Shown piece by piece: positions 1 to 10,628 of a DNA stretch of 64,000 nt. Position numbers and translations under genes: made by a program. Position 1 is the stretch's first letter, and each line of letters begins with the position of its first letter. This DNA is from an uncultured delta proteobacterium (GTDB lineage Bacteria > Desulfobacterota > Binatia > UBA9968): the NCBI GenBank assembly GCA_963745035.1, contig CAVUVW010000013.1:1280001-1344000 (forward strand). The letters run 5' to 3'. Below the pieces are notes generated by a model. That model was not told the DNA's origin. It did no database searches and worked only from the letters and a program-made list of their open reading frames with translations.

Positions 1-646
1 AACTTATGTCATGATCGTCGCCCGCCACGCGGGCATAATGAAATTCAGCGAGCTCATTGGACCCCGTGCCAAGCAAGCCGTCGTCGGAGCGATACCGAAC
101 TCGACTTTGGAACATGCTCCGGCGCTGCTGCGTGAGGCCTTGAGCGCGAATATCAAGATCGTCTCCGGTTACAAGGGCAGCGCGGATATTCGGCTGGCGA
201 TCGACTCGGGCGAAGTCAACGGCTTTTTCAATCCATGGAGCACGATCAAGCCAACTGCCATGGACAAGTTCAAGTCGGGAGCTTGGCTAGTCCTCGCCCA
301 ATTGACGGATCAGCCGCTACGCGATCTGCCCACCATAGATGTCCCGAACATTACTGCGCTAACGAAAGACGAGACACACAGGTCCCTGCTGCGATATGGG
401 ACGAGCGCGCCAAACCAGTTCGGCAAAGTCTATATGCTCCCGCCGGGCGTTTCGCCGGAGCGCGCGGTTGCTCTGGAAGCGGCGTTTGCAAAAACTTTCG
501 CCGATAGAAAATTTCTAGCGGACGCGGAGAAGAGCAATCTCGAAATCACACCGATCTTCGGCCCGGCTATTCAAGCGATCGTCAACGACTTCCTTGGTAT
601 GCCGCCAGCGATCAAGGAAAGACTCAGCCGGGCCATCAAGAAATGA
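1..646 (+). CDS. TctC/Bug-like tripartite tricarboxylate transporter substrate-binding protein (5' truncated by window edge)
   Basis: Motifs IVSGYKGSADIRLAIDSGEVNG and YMLPPGVSPER are typical of the Bug/TctC family; paralogs at 15096, 42963 and 44945. Confidence 0.8.
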   Translation, partial: TYVMIVARHAGIMKFSELIGPRAKQAVVGAIPNSTLEHAPALLREALSANIKIVSGYKGSADIRLAIDSGEVNGFFNPWSTIKPTAMDKFKSGAWLVLAQLTDQPLRDLPTIDVPNITALTKDETHRSLLRYGTSAPNQFGKVYMLPPGVSPERAVALEAAFAKTFADRKFLADAEKSNLEITPIFGPAIQAIVNDFLGMPPAIKERLSRAIKK

Positions 647-698
647 GCCGTAAAGCTTGAGAAGTTGGGCTTTCTCCGATCTCCGACTTCCTGCTGCG

Positions 699-1685
699 TC
701 AAGCCGGTAGCAGCAATCTTGCCTCGTCGGCGTCGACTACCGGATTCTTCGGCCGCTTGCTCTCCAGCACGCGAATCACCTCTTCCGCGGCGCCCCATTC
801 GCCGCGCTGCGCCGCTTCCAACGTCATCGCGCCGATGTGCGGCGTCCAGAGCACGTTGTCGAGTTGGATCAGCGGATGGTTTTTTACCGGCGGCTCATCG
901 GCGACAACATCCAGAGCGGCGCCCGCGATTTTCCTTTCGCGCAAGACGGCGCCCAAAGCTTCTTCATCGACGATGCCGCCGCGCGCGGCGTTGATGAGAA
1001 ATGCCGAAGGCTTCATGAGCGCGAGCTCTTTCTTGCCGATCATGCCTCTGGTCTCCCTGTTGAGCGGGCAATGAATCGTCACGAAGTCCGCGTCGGCCAG
1101 CAGCTCGTCGAGTTCGACCCATTTGCCGCCGAGCGAAGTTACGTGGGACACGGGAATGTAGGGATCGGCGACTTGCACGTCCATCTCGAACGCGCGCGCC
1201 CGCAGCGCCACGCGCATGCCGATGTTGCCCATGCCAACGATGCCGATTGTCTTGCCGGCAAGCTCGGTGCCGATGAACTTGAGATAATCGCTCCAGCGGT
1301 CTTCCCTGACCGCGCGATTCGCCGCATGCGTGTGGCGCACGAGCGCAAGCAGCTGACCGAACACCAACTCGGTCACCGACACGGAATTACTTCCCGGCTG
1401 GTTGGTCACCCAGATTTTGAGATCCTTGGCGGCTTCGAGATCGACTCTTGACGGGTCGACGCCGACGCCGGTGCGCGCGATGATCTTAAGCCGCCCGCCG
1501 TTGCGCTCCATCTGCTCGCGCGTGATTTTGCCCTTGCGGCTGATCACGGCATCCACCCGGGTGAGCTCCAGCTCCCAGCGCTGCGGCTCCACCCATGGAT
1601 TGACAACGACGAGCTCTACCCGCTCGCGCAGCCATTTGAGCACTTCCGGTTGAAACTCCTCGACCAGCACTCGCCCTAGTGCCAT
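699..1685 (-). CDS. D-isomer-specific 2-hydroxyacid dehydrogenase (phosphoglycerate dehydrogenase-like)
   Basis: GIVGMGNIG Rossmann motif, INAARGGIVDE, TPHIG; ATG at 1685 preceded by GGAGG. Confidence 0.9.
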   Translation of the reverse strand: MALGRVLVEEFQPEVLKWLRERVELVVVNPWVEPQRWELELTRVDAVISRKGKITREQMERNGGRLKIIARTGVGVDPSRVDLEAAKDLKIWVTNQPGSNSVSVTELVFGQLLALVRHTHAANRAVREDRWSDYLKFIGTELAGKTIGIVGMGNIGMRVALRARAFEMDVQVADPYIPVSHVTSLGGKWVELDELLADADFVTIHCPLNRETRGMIGKKELALMKPSAFLINAARGGIVDEEALGAVLRERKIAGAALDVVADEPPVKNHPLIQLDNVLWTPHIGAMTLEAAQRGEWGAAEEVIRVLESKRPKNPVVDADEARLLLPA

Positions 1686-1804
1686 AGTTTGCCTCCGTCG
1701 TTTTTGCGTGGTGTTTTTCTGGGGAATTGTAGTAAAAGCAGTATACAGTTTCACTCATTCTTTGTCCTCGATAAAGTCGGCGGCGTTTCTGCGGAGTTTA
1801 TTTT

Positions 1805-2779
1805 ATGAAGGCAATTCAAGTCGTGATCGGGACTCTGACGATCCTTCTTTCAACCCTTGCTTGGGCCGAGCAGGTCCGGACCGTGATACCGCGCGCAACC
1901 CTCAATTACTTGAGCGTGCCGGTGGCCGAAGTGAAAGGTTATTTTCGCGACCAGGGATTGGAGAACCAGACCATCGTCATTCCCGGCAGCACGGCGATTG
2001 CGGCGCTGGTGAGCGGCAACGTCGATTTCAGTGGCGCCGGAGGTACGGGCATGCGCGCAGCGCTGCGCGGCGCGCCGATCAAAGCGGTGATGTTCCAGAC
2101 AGAGAAAGTGACCTGGTATCTTTTGGCCGCGCCGGAGATCCAGAAGATCTCGGATCTTCGCGGCAAACGCATCGCCGTCGGCACCATCGGCGATACCCAG
2201 GACGCGCTCATCACCATGCTCGTCGAACGCGAAGGCGTTTCAGGAAAAGATCTCTCGCGCGTGGCGATGCCGGCACGCAACACGACCAATACGATATTGT
2301 CGCTCAAGACCGGCGCGTTCAGCGCCGCGGTCGTCAATGCCGACGAATCGCTGCTCGGCGAAAAAGAAGGACTGCGCACCCTGGCGTTTGTCGGCGATTT
2401 GTTCCCATATCCCTTTCAAGGTTTTGTCGCCACCGACAAAATGATCGCCGAGCGTCCCAACGATATCAAACGATGGCTTCGGCCCATGGCCCGCGCGCTC
2501 ATGTTCATCCGCGAGCGACCAGAGGAGGCTGCGGATATTGCGATGAAAAAAATCCCGATGGGCAACATGAGCCGGCCCCTGGTCATCGAAGGCATCCGGC
2601 GCTTCGCCAAGTCCCTGCCCGACGGCGTGCCGGGGCTGCCGACGCCGCAGGGAATCAAGAATTTGATGGAATTCGACGTCAAGGCGCCGCTCAAGATCAA
2701 AGAAGATATTCCGCCGGAAAAAGTCATGAACTTTAAACTGATGCGCGAGGTCAAGGAAGAATTGGAGAGTAAACGGTGA
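1805..2779 (+). CDS. ABC-type substrate-binding protein, NMT1/SsuA-like
   Basis: Signal peptide; KGYFRDQGL, AIAALVSGNVDF, DLRGKRIAV. Confidence 0.85.
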   Translation: MKAIQVVIGTLTILLSTLAWAEQVRTVIPRATLNYLSVPVAEVKGYFRDQGLENQTIVIPGSTAIAALVSGNVDFSGAGGTGMRAALRGAPIKAVMFQTEKVTWYLLAAPEIQKISDLRGKRIAVGTIGDTQDALITMLVEREGVSGKDLSRVAMPARNTTNTILSLKTGAFSAAVVNADESLLGEKEGLRTLAFVGDLFPYPFQGFVATDKMIAERPNDIKRWLRPMARALMFIRERPEEAADIAMKKIPMGNMSRPLVIEGIRRFAKSLPDGVPGLPTPQGIKNLMEFDVKAPLKIKEDIPPEKVMNFKLMREVKEELESKR

Positions 2780-2802
2780 CGACGTCCGGTAAAAGATCAC
2801 CT

Positions 2803-3810
2803 ATGAAGCGAGTTCGAGCCTTCTCTCTACTATTCGCCTCATTTGTCCTACCGGTCCTACTCTTGTGCTCTTCAATCGCGCAGACCCAGGAGAAAAAAAA
2901 CCTCCGCATCGTCTTCGTCAGCCTGTCGTGGAACAACCAGCTCCCCTATCGCATCGCCATCGCCAAAGGTTTCTTCAAAGATCAGGGTCTGAGCGTCGAG
3001 CAGATTTTCGTCCGCGGCGGGCCGACGGCGATCGCCGCACTGATCTCCGGCAACGTCGACTTCGGCAGCATCGGCGGCGCCCAGGCGCCGATCCGTAGCA
3101 ACGCCCGCGGGCTCGACCTGCAGATCCTCGCCTCGCTGTCCAACTACACCAATTACACCCTGCTCGGCAGCAAAGAAGCCAAGAGCATCGAAGAGCTGCG
3201 CGGCAAGATCATCGGTGTCACCGGAGCCGGAGCCTACTCCGATTTCGCGATCCGGATATTTCTCAAACGCCACAACATCGACCCGGACCGCGATGTCACC
3301 CTGCGCGCCATCGGCGGCACGGCGCTGCGCGCGATCGCGCTCGAAAGAGGTGTTATCTCGGCGGCGCCCTTCACCGCTGAAGATACGATTCGCCTCATCG
3401 ACAAGGGATACCCCATGATCGTCAACTTGAACGAAGCGCTGCGCATCCCGCAGAGCATCCTGGTCACGCGCGGGGAACTGCTGCAAAAATATCCCGAGAC
3501 TTCCAAACGCTTTCTAAAGGCGATGATTCTCGGCATGCAGATCGCCAAGTACAACAAGAAGGAAGCCATCCAGATCGGCGTCGCGAGCGGCCTCCCTGGC
3601 GATCCCGACCTGATTCACCGCTCCTACGATCTTTTCAGTCCCGGCTACGCCGCCGATCTCTCGGTCGCCCACGACGGCATCCAGATCATGCTCGATGAGG
3701 ACGTCCGCGCCGGAGTGGTCGACAAGAAGTTTACCCTCGACCGCGTCGTAAACGAGCGCATTTTGAAACAGGCGCAGCTAGAATTGAAGAACGAAGGACG
3801 GCTCAAGTAG
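2803..3810 (+). CDS. ABC-type substrate-binding protein, NMT1/SsuA-like
   Basis: Signal peptide; KGFFKDQGL, AIAALISGNVDF, ELRGKIIGV; alternative GTG start at 2776 overlaps the upstream stop. Confidence 0.85.
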   Translation: MKRVRAFSLLFASFVLPVLLLCSSIAQTQEKKNLRIVFVSLSWNNQLPYRIAIAKGFFKDQGLSVEQIFVRGGPTAIAALISGNVDFGSIGGAQAPIRSNARGLDLQILASLSNYTNYTLLGSKEAKSIEELRGKIIGVTGAGAYSDFAIRIFLKRHNIDPDRDVTLRAIGGTALRAIALERGVISAAPFTAEDTIRLIDKGYPMIVNLNEALRIPQSILVTRGELLQKYPETSKRFLKAMILGMQIAKYNKKEAIQIGVASGLPGDPDLIHRSYDLFSPGYAADLSVAHDGIQIMLDEDVRAGVVDKKFTLDRVVNERILKQAQLELKNEGRLK

Positions 3811-3882
3811 GCGCCCGATGAAAGACCTGTAGGCTCCCGGTCGAGGACGACATCACTATCTTCCAGCGCACAGAAAGAAGCG

Positions 3883-5007
3883 ATGATGAAATTGCCTGGT
3901 AGAATACTTCAAATCTGTGGGTTGTTTTTCTGGCTCTGCCTGGCGGCGGCGCAAGCCGCCGAACCGAGGCCGTCCTGGGAAGCGGAATGGGCCAAGACGA
4001 TTGAACTAGCCAGAAAAGAAGGTCAGCTCACGGTTTCCCATACGCGCGGCCCGTTCGATCAAGTTTTCGGCGATTTTGCCAAGCGTTATCCCGAGATCAA
4101 AGTCGTGTCGATCGCCGGGCGCGGCGGCGATCTGATTTCGCGCATCATGGCCGAGCGGCGCGCCGATAAATACCTGACGGATCTATATCTCGGCTCGTCG
4201 GGAACGCCGATGGACGTGCTCCATCCGGCAAAAGCCCTCGAGCCGGTGCCGAACTTCATGATCTTGCCCGAAGTCAAAGATCCGTTGAAGTGGTTTCGCA
4301 AGCAGCATCACTACGCCGATCCCGAGGCGAAACACATTCTCGTCTTTGAAGGCGTCGTCCGCTCCGACATGGCGTTCAACACCAACCTCGTCGACGTCAA
4401 GGAGTTCACGTCGTACTGGGATCTGGTGAAGCCCAAGTGGAAAGGGAAAATCGCCGCGATGGATCCCAAGCTGCCCGGTTTTCCCAGTGGGCTGCTGCAA
4501 TTTTCCTATTACCACCCCGACCTTGGCGTTAAATTCCTACGGCAACTGTTCGGCGAGATGGAGTTGACGGTGTCGCGCGAGGCGCGCCAGTTAGTCGATT
4601 GGCTGGCAGTCGGCAAGTTCGCCATCGCGCTCGCGCCCTCGGCCAGCGAAGTACAGGCAGCCAGCAAACAAGGCCTGCCCGTGGGACGCTTCGAGCCGCG
4701 CGCGTTCAAGGAAGGAATTTACATGCGCGCAACCCAGGGCTCGCTCAGCATTCTGACCCGCCAGCCCCATCCGCATACGACCAAAGTGTTCGTCAACTGG
4801 CTGCTCTCGCGCGAAGGCCAAACGGCGTATCAGAGGCATTTCTTGCGAATCGATCCGATCTTCAGCCTGAGAGAAGATGTCCCCGCCGATTCGTCGGTCG
4901 AGAGCTACCGCCCGAAAGCCGGAGATAAATTCATGGCGGTCTATCGAGCGGAATTCAGGGAGCTGGACGACGCCTACAAAGTCGTCGATGAAGCCTTGAA
5001 GCGTTAG
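3883..5007 (+). CDS. Extracellular solute-binding protein (Fe3+/thiamine/polyamine-type family)
   Basis: Signal peptide; ARKEGQLTV, SYWDLVKPKWKGKI, PHPHTTKVFVNWLLSREGQ. Confidence 0.85.
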   Translation: MMKLPGRILQICGLFFWLCLAAAQAAEPRPSWEAEWAKTIELARKEGQLTVSHTRGPFDQVFGDFAKRYPEIKVVSIAGRGGDLISRIMAERRADKYLTDLYLGSSGTPMDVLHPAKALEPVPNFMILPEVKDPLKWFRKQHHYADPEAKHILVFEGVVRSDMAFNTNLVDVKEFTSYWDLVKPKWKGKIAAMDPKLPGFPSGLLQFSYYHPDLGVKFLRQLFGEMELTVSREARQLVDWLAVGKFAIALAPSASEVQAASKQGLPVGRFEPRAFKEGIYMRATQGSLSILTRQPHPHTTKVFVNWLLSREGQTAYQRHFLRIDPIFSLREDVPADSSVESYRPKAGDKFMAVYRAEFRELDDAYKVVDEALKR

Positions 5008-5276
5008 CTCGCCAAAAAAGCAGGTCCCGTCGGCTTTCCATAAAAATTGGCGATAAAGATTACAAAAATCTTCTCTCTCTGCTATATTCGGCTAACCAGC
5101 CAGAATTGTGCAAGTAAGAATTCTGCGGTTCTCTTACCCAAAGTGCGGTTGTAAGTTTTGCGTGACGACTCGCTCATCCCTGAATTGCAACGCCGAGAAG
5201 TAGGCTCAGCGCGAGAGCTGCCGCGCTGCTCTCATTTCAGTTCTAACGTAACCTGATCCACGGAGACAGCAAAGAG

Positions 5277-7328
5277 ATGGCCAAACCGATGCCCAAGTCC
5301 ATCAACGAAGCGGCTGAGCCGCCGCGAGAGCCGAAGACGGTCTCCGCCGCCGAGATGGGCGCGCGCCAGCGTGAGATTTCGGTTTCCGAATTTTTCACCA
5401 AAAACCGCCACCTGTTGGGCTTCGACAACCCGCGCAAGGCGCTGCTCACGTGCGTCAAGGAAGCCGTCGACAATGCGCTCGACGCCTGCGAGGAGGCGGG
5501 TATCTTGCCCGAGGTCATCGTCAAGCTCGAAGTCGCTGCGAACGGCGGGCCGGCCGTCGCACCAAGCCAGGCCAGTCGCTTTCGCGTCACGGTGATCGAC
5601 TACGGACCGGGCATCGTGCGCCAGCAAATTCCGCGAATTTTCGCCAAGCTGCTCTACGGCTCGAAGTTTCATCGCCTGCGCATGAGCCGGGGCCAGCAAG
5701 GCATCGGGATTTCGGCCGCGGGCATGTACGCCCAACTCACCACCGGCAAACCGGTGCAGATCACGTCGCGCACCGGCGCGCGCACGCCGGCGCATTATTT
5801 CGAAGTGCAGATCGACACCAAGAAAAACGAGCCGCGCATCCTCGAAAAAAAAGAGACCGAGTGGGAAAACCACCGAGGCACCCAGGTGACTCTGGAGATC
5901 GAAGGGCGCTACCAACGAGGCCGCGCTTCGGTGGACGAGTATCTCGAGCAGACCGCCATCGCCAACCCGCACGTCAAGCTCGTCTACCACACGCCGGAAG
6001 GAGAAGTTAAGGAATACCCGCGCACCATCGAAGAGCTGCCGCCCCAGCCGCGCGAGATCAAGCCGCATCCTTACGGCATCGAGTTCGGCATCTTGCTAAG
6101 AATGCTGCACGACACCCGAAGCCCCTCGCTTGCGGGATTTTTAGCACACGATTTCAGCCGGGTTTCTTCGAACGTCGCGCAGGAAATTTGCAAGACAGCC
6201 AAGCTTTCGGCTGATTTGCGGCCGCGCAATATTCACGGCGCCGCCGCCGAAGCGCTTTACAAGGCGATTCAGGCTACGAAAATCATGGCGCCGCCGACCA
6301 ATTGCATTTCACCCATTGGCGAAAAGGCGATCCTCCACGGCCTCTACAAACAGATCAAGGGAGAATTTTATACCGCGGTGACGCGCCCGCCCGCGGTCTA
6401 TCGCGGCAATCCGTTTGCGATTGAAGCCGGCTTGGCCTTCGGCAAAGGACCTGAAGAAGCGAATGGTAAGGCTGAACGCCCCGCCCAACCACTCGCCGAA
6501 GGCGAGGAGCGGGACGACAACAACGAGTTGGCGAGCGTCATTCGCTACGCCAATCGCGTGCCGCTGCTCTACCAGCAGTCGGCCTGCGCCACGTTCAAGG
6601 CCGTGCTCGACACGAGTTGGCGGAACTACGGCGTTGGCCAATCGCGCGGCGCTCTGCCCGCCGGACCGATGGTAATCTTTGTCCACATGGCCTCGGTCTG
6701 GGTGCCGTTCACCAGCGAGTCCAAGGAAGCGATCGCCGACTACGACGAGATCCGCAAAGAAATCAAGCTCGCGCTCCAGGAGTGCGGCCGGCGCCTCGGC
6801 ATGTTTCTACGACGCCGCGAGCGCGCCAAGAGCGAGTTTCGCCGCCGCAACATCTTCGAGCTTTATATCGAAGAAGTCGTCGAGGCGTGCAACCGGCTCA
6901 AGGGCGGCAAGCTCCCCAAGGAAAAACTGAAAGAACAGCTGCAGAAAATCGCCATGAAGCGAACCGGCGGCGAAAAGACCGATGAAATCCTCGGCTATGA
7001 CGGCGGCGGTCCGGAGGGCTTGCCTCATTCGATTATCGTCACGCCGGAGGGGACCGAAGGCGATGCGCCGGTGATCGAAGGCAGAGACGAGGTTTTGCCT
7101 CGGCAAGAAGAACTGCTCGAAACAGAAGGCAACGAATCGGAGCCCCCGGCCAAAGCGTCGAGGAGAAAAACGAAGGCAAAGGGAAACGTCGGTAAAGTCG
7201 CGCAGGCAAGCCGTTCGAAGTCGGAGAGCAGCAAGCAAATGAGTTTAGGTTTCGACGCTAGCGGAGCCGGCGAAAGGAACATCCGGAAGTCAGGGAAAAA
7301 AGATGGCGCGAAAAAAGCAAAAAAGTAA
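5277..7328 (+). CDS. top6B: DNA topoisomerase VI subunit B
   Basis: ISVSEFFTKNRHLLGFDN, GHKL ATPase motifs KEAVDNALDACEE and SRGQQGIGIS, RYANRVPLLY, VPFTSESKEAI transducer motif. Confidence 0.96.
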   Translation: MAKPMPKSINEAAEPPREPKTVSAAEMGARQREISVSEFFTKNRHLLGFDNPRKALLTCVKEAVDNALDACEEAGILPEVIVKLEVAANGGPAVAPSQASRFRVTVIDYGPGIVRQQIPRIFAKLLYGSKFHRLRMSRGQQGIGISAAGMYAQLTTGKPVQITSRTGARTPAHYFEVQIDTKKNEPRILEKKETEWENHRGTQVTLEIEGRYQRGRASVDEYLEQTAIANPHVKLVYHTPEGEVKEYPRTIEELPPQPREIKPHPYGIEFGILLRMLHDTRSPSLAGFLAHDFSRVSSNVAQEICKTAKLSADLRPRNIHGAAAEALYKAIQATKIMAPPTNCISPIGEKAILHGLYKQIKGEFYTAVTRPPAVYRGNPFAIEAGLAFGKGPEEANGKAERPAQPLAEGEERDDNNELASVIRYANRVPLLYQQSACATFKAVLDTSWRNYGVGQSRGALPAGPMVIFVHMASVWVPFTSESKEAIADYDEIRKEIKLALQECGRRLGMFLRRRERAKSEFRRRNIFELYIEEVVEACNRLKGGKLPKEKLKEQLQKIAMKRTGGEKTDEILGYDGGGPEGLPHSIIVTPEGTEGDAPVIEGRDEVLPRQEELLETEGNESEPPAKASRRKTKAKGNVGKVAQASRSKSESSKQMSLGFDASGAGERNIRKSGKKDGAKKAKK

Positions 7329-8409
7329 TGGCGCGGTAGAGAAGAAGCTCATCGGCGTGGCCGATGTCGTGATCACGGCGGCGCAGCGCAGCCAGGATCC
7401 GGCGCTGTCGATCCCAGTGCGTAGTCTCGCCAACGTCAACTTCAACGAGAAGCGCGGCATCATCGAAATGGGACGCAGGAAACAAGCGCGCACGTTCTTC
7501 AACGTCGGCATGGCGAAAAAATTCATGCAGACGGTGCTGGTTGCCGACGCTCTGGCGGAGTTACAGCGAGCGAATTTGACTACGTCTCTTCGCGAGATTT
7601 ATTATCGCACCAAGCACACGATCAAAAACTCGCACGAAAACACCTTCGACGGCCAGAACGAATCCGACCCGCTCATCGAAGATCTCGAAGTCAGTCTCGA
7701 AGCGTTGCGCGAAGAGCTGCACGTGCGCGCGGAGAATTCCGGCACGGTGGTCGGGCCGTTGACCCTGGTCGACGACGGCGACCGGGTGGACTGCACGCGC
7801 CTCGGCAAGGGCGGCTATTCGGTTCCGTCCATCGTCGAGCCGGAGTATATTCAGATCAGCAAATGCACCGCCGATTTCGTTCTGCTCGTCGAGAAAGGAA
7901 CCCAGTGGAACCGGCTTTCCGAAGACAAGTTCTGGCGCCGCTACAACTGCATCCTGCTCACGGGAAACGGCCAGCCACCGCGCGGCGTCCGCCGCCTGGC
8001 GCGCCGGCTGCACGAAGAATACAATCTGCCGGTTTACGTCCTCGTCGACAACGACCCCTGGGGCTATTACATCTATTCCGTCGTCAAGCAGGGCTCGATC
8101 AATCTCGCCTTCGAAAGCCAGCGCATGGCGATTCCCAAGGCCAAGTTCATCGGCTTTTCCAGCTCGGATCCAGAACGCTACGGCTTGCCGCGCAACGTCG
8201 GCATAAAGCTCAACGACAAAGACATTAACCGCGCCAAGGAGCTGGCGAAGTACAAATGGTTCCAGAAAAAGGAATGGCAGAACGAAATCAAGGGCATGCT
8301 CGCAAGCGGTCTCAAGTACGAGCTCGATGCGCTCGCCAACAAAGATTTTCAATATCTAACCAAGACCTATTTGCCGAGAAAGCTCAAAGAAAAAGACTTG
8401 CTGGACTAA
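7303..8409 (+). CDS. top6A: DNA topoisomerase VI subunit A (Spo11-like)
   Basis: Catalytic-Tyr region SLREIYYR, TOPRIM motifs LLVEKG and VDNDPWG; overlaps the top6B 3' end. Confidence 0.96.
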   Translation: MARKKQKSNGAVEKKLIGVADVVITAAQRSQDPALSIPVRSLANVNFNEKRGIIEMGRRKQARTFFNVGMAKKFMQTVLVADALAELQRANLTTSLREIYYRTKHTIKNSHENTFDGQNESDPLIEDLEVSLEALREELHVRAENSGTVVGPLTLVDDGDRVDCTRLGKGGYSVPSIVEPEYIQISKCTADFVLLVEKGTQWNRLSEDKFWRRYNCILLTGNGQPPRGVRRLARRLHEEYNLPVYVLVDNDPWGYYIYSVVKQGSINLAFESQRMAIPKAKFIGFSSSDPERYGLPRNVGIKLNDKDINRAKELAKYKWFQKKEWQNEIKGMLASGLKYELDALANKDFQYLTKTYLPRKLKEKDLLD

Positions 8410-8431
8410 ACCGAGGCACACCTTCAGCTTT

Positions 8432-8466
8432 TTCGATTACGCTCAGGATCTGAGCTTTGTGGACGG
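8432..8466. repeat. Short palindromic intergenic repeat (TTCG..CGCTCAGG type)
   Basis: TTCGATTACGCTCAGGATCTGAGC forms a GCTCAG/CTGAGC hairpin; related motifs at 61241 and 61317. Confidence 0.5.
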
Positions 8467-8513
8467 CTGAGAAATTCGCGTCTGCGCCGCGCACTCACCA
8501 TGCGACCGCTGCC

Positions 8514-8543
8514 TTGACGAAATAGATTGGCCTTTGCTAGCTT
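8514..8543 (+). promoter_or_regulatory. Putative sigma70 promoter for the kinase-regulator-cyclase operon
   Basis: TTGACG-N18-TAGCTT with an extended -10 TG. Confidence 0.4.
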
Positions 8544-8568
8544 CGCGCTAGATCCTCAGAGCAGCGAC

Positions 8569-10234
8569 GTGTCAAAACAAGAAGTCAGTCTTCCTGACGG
8601 CGACTTGATCTCCGCTGCCGCGCCGGCCGGCTGGAAGAAAGGATCGCGTATTTTCTCCTGACCCGCTCGCCTTTGGGAAGCTTGGTGCGTTGGGTTGCGG
8701 CCATCAAGGCTTCGGTTCATGCAAAATTGCTCGCCGGCTATTTCCTGGTCACCTTGCTGGTGATCGGCATGGGCGCAATGAGCCTTCAGACCATCGCCAA
8801 AATGTCCAGTCAGGGCCAGCTCCTGGATGAGGCTCACGAACGAGTGCACTGGTCGCAGGAGATCCAGCATGCCCTGGCTATGCAGATGAACTTCACGGCC
8901 ATGGCTTTGCTTTTGAGAAGCGAGGCGACGGTCGAAAACATTCTTCGCGAGAACAACCGATTCAACAATACACTGGCTCGCCTTGAGAAGGCCGCTCAAC
9001 CGGAAGAGGTAGAGCTGATTCAACGGATCCGCGCCGCCCAGGTGAGAGGCGCTGACCACCGTGGCCGATATTGCAAACCTCATTCGGGACGGTAAAGTCG
9101 ATGCCGCGATGCGGTTGCAGCAAGACAAGCAGTATCCCCTCTATCGGCGCATCGAAGAGTTTGTCACTCAGTTGGTCGGACGCGAGCGGGACAAGATGGA
9201 CCCGCTTCCGGGACAGCGTCGCCGCGGCAAACAGGAATACGCTGATCCTGATGGCGAGCAGCGCGGCGGCTTTGATGCTGGTGGCGTTGTTGTTGGGTTT
9301 CGTCATCTCATGGTCCTTTATCCTGCCCGTCCAGAAGGCCCATGGCTTCCTGAGCGAGGTGGCGAAAGGAAACTTTGCGGCCACGATCAACGTGCCAAAT
9401 CGCGACGAGTTCGGCGCGCTGGCGGCGCATATGAACCACATGAGCCAGGAGTTGCACCGTCTCTACGAGAGCCAGAATCGGGCGTCGCAGGAACTGCAGC
9501 GGCTGAACGAGCAACTCCAGCAAGCCAGCAAAGCCAAATCGAATTTTCTCGCCAATATGTCGCACGAGCTGCGTACGCCGATGAATGCGATCCTCGGCTT
9601 TGTCGAAATGATGCTCGATGAGATTTACGGCGAGGTTCCGCCGCACCTGCGGGAACCCCTGACGGATGTCCAAACCAACGGCAAGCATCTGCTTCGCCTG
9701 ATCAACGACGTGCTGGATCTTTCCAAAATCGAAGCCGGTCGCATGGAGCTCGTTTTGGCGGAGTACTCGGTCCAGGACGTGGTCGAGACCGTTCGCACCT
9801 CGCTCCAATCGCTCGCCTTGGAAAAGGGTTTGGAGTTCGTCGCCGCCGCCGAGGACGATATTCCGCTCGCGCTGGGTGACGGCAAGCGGATCACTCAATG
9901 TCTGATGAACCTGGTGGGAAACGCCCTGAAATTCAGCAAGCACGGGACGCGTGGCGGTCTGGGTCGAGCGGCAAGGACGAAACTTGCTCTATCGCGTGTC
10001 GGATACCGGAATCGGCATACCTCAAGGAAGAGCTCGAAAATATCTTTGAGGAATTCCAACAAGTGGACACGGCGATCACGCGGGAGTTCAGTGGGACCGG
10101 ACTCGGGCTTAACATCACCAAGAAATTCGTCGAAATGCATGGCGGCCGGATTTGGGTGGAAAGCGAGCTCGGAAAGGGATCGACTTTTTTCTTTGCCATT
10201 CCTTTGCGCGTGAAGCATGGTCGAGGTCGCATGA
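8569..10234 (+). CDS. Membrane HAMP-domain sensor histidine kinase (split by several frameshifts; ends approximate)
   Basis: Two TM segments, HAMP ([17 protein letters not shown]), H-box [14 protein letters not shown]-box [10 protein letters not shown]-box GTGLGLNI spread over ORFs 8673-9095, 9061-9621, 9071-10213 and 9898-10632. Confidence 0.88.
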
Positions 10235-10607
10235 GCGGCAAGACAATTTTATACGTAGAAGACAACGAGTTTAACTTGAAGATGGTGCGGCAACTTTTGG
10301 CGCGCACCGCATACCGGCTGATTGAGGCGACCGATGGCGAGCTCGGGGTGGCAACGGCGCTCAAGGAGGTTCCCGACTTGATCCTGATGGACATCCAACT
10401 TCCGAAGATGTCCGGACTGGACGCGACGCGCCAGCTTCGCGCCGATCCCAAGACCGCCGCTATCCCGATCATCGTGATTACTTCTTTCGCTCTCAGCGGC
10501 GACGACCAGAAAGCGAAGGATGCGGGGGCGACCGGCCTATATGGCAAAGCCATACAGCCCGCGCGAGCTGTTGCAGATGATCCGCAATCTTGCTTCCCGA
10601 GCAATAG
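10231..10607 (+). CDS. Single-domain response regulator (DivK-like); 3' end frameshifted, end approximate
   Basis: [12 protein letters not shown] ... [15 protein letters not shown] ... [15 protein letters not shown]. Confidence 0.88.
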
Positions 10608-10628
10608 AACTTTGAGAGTTGATGCATC

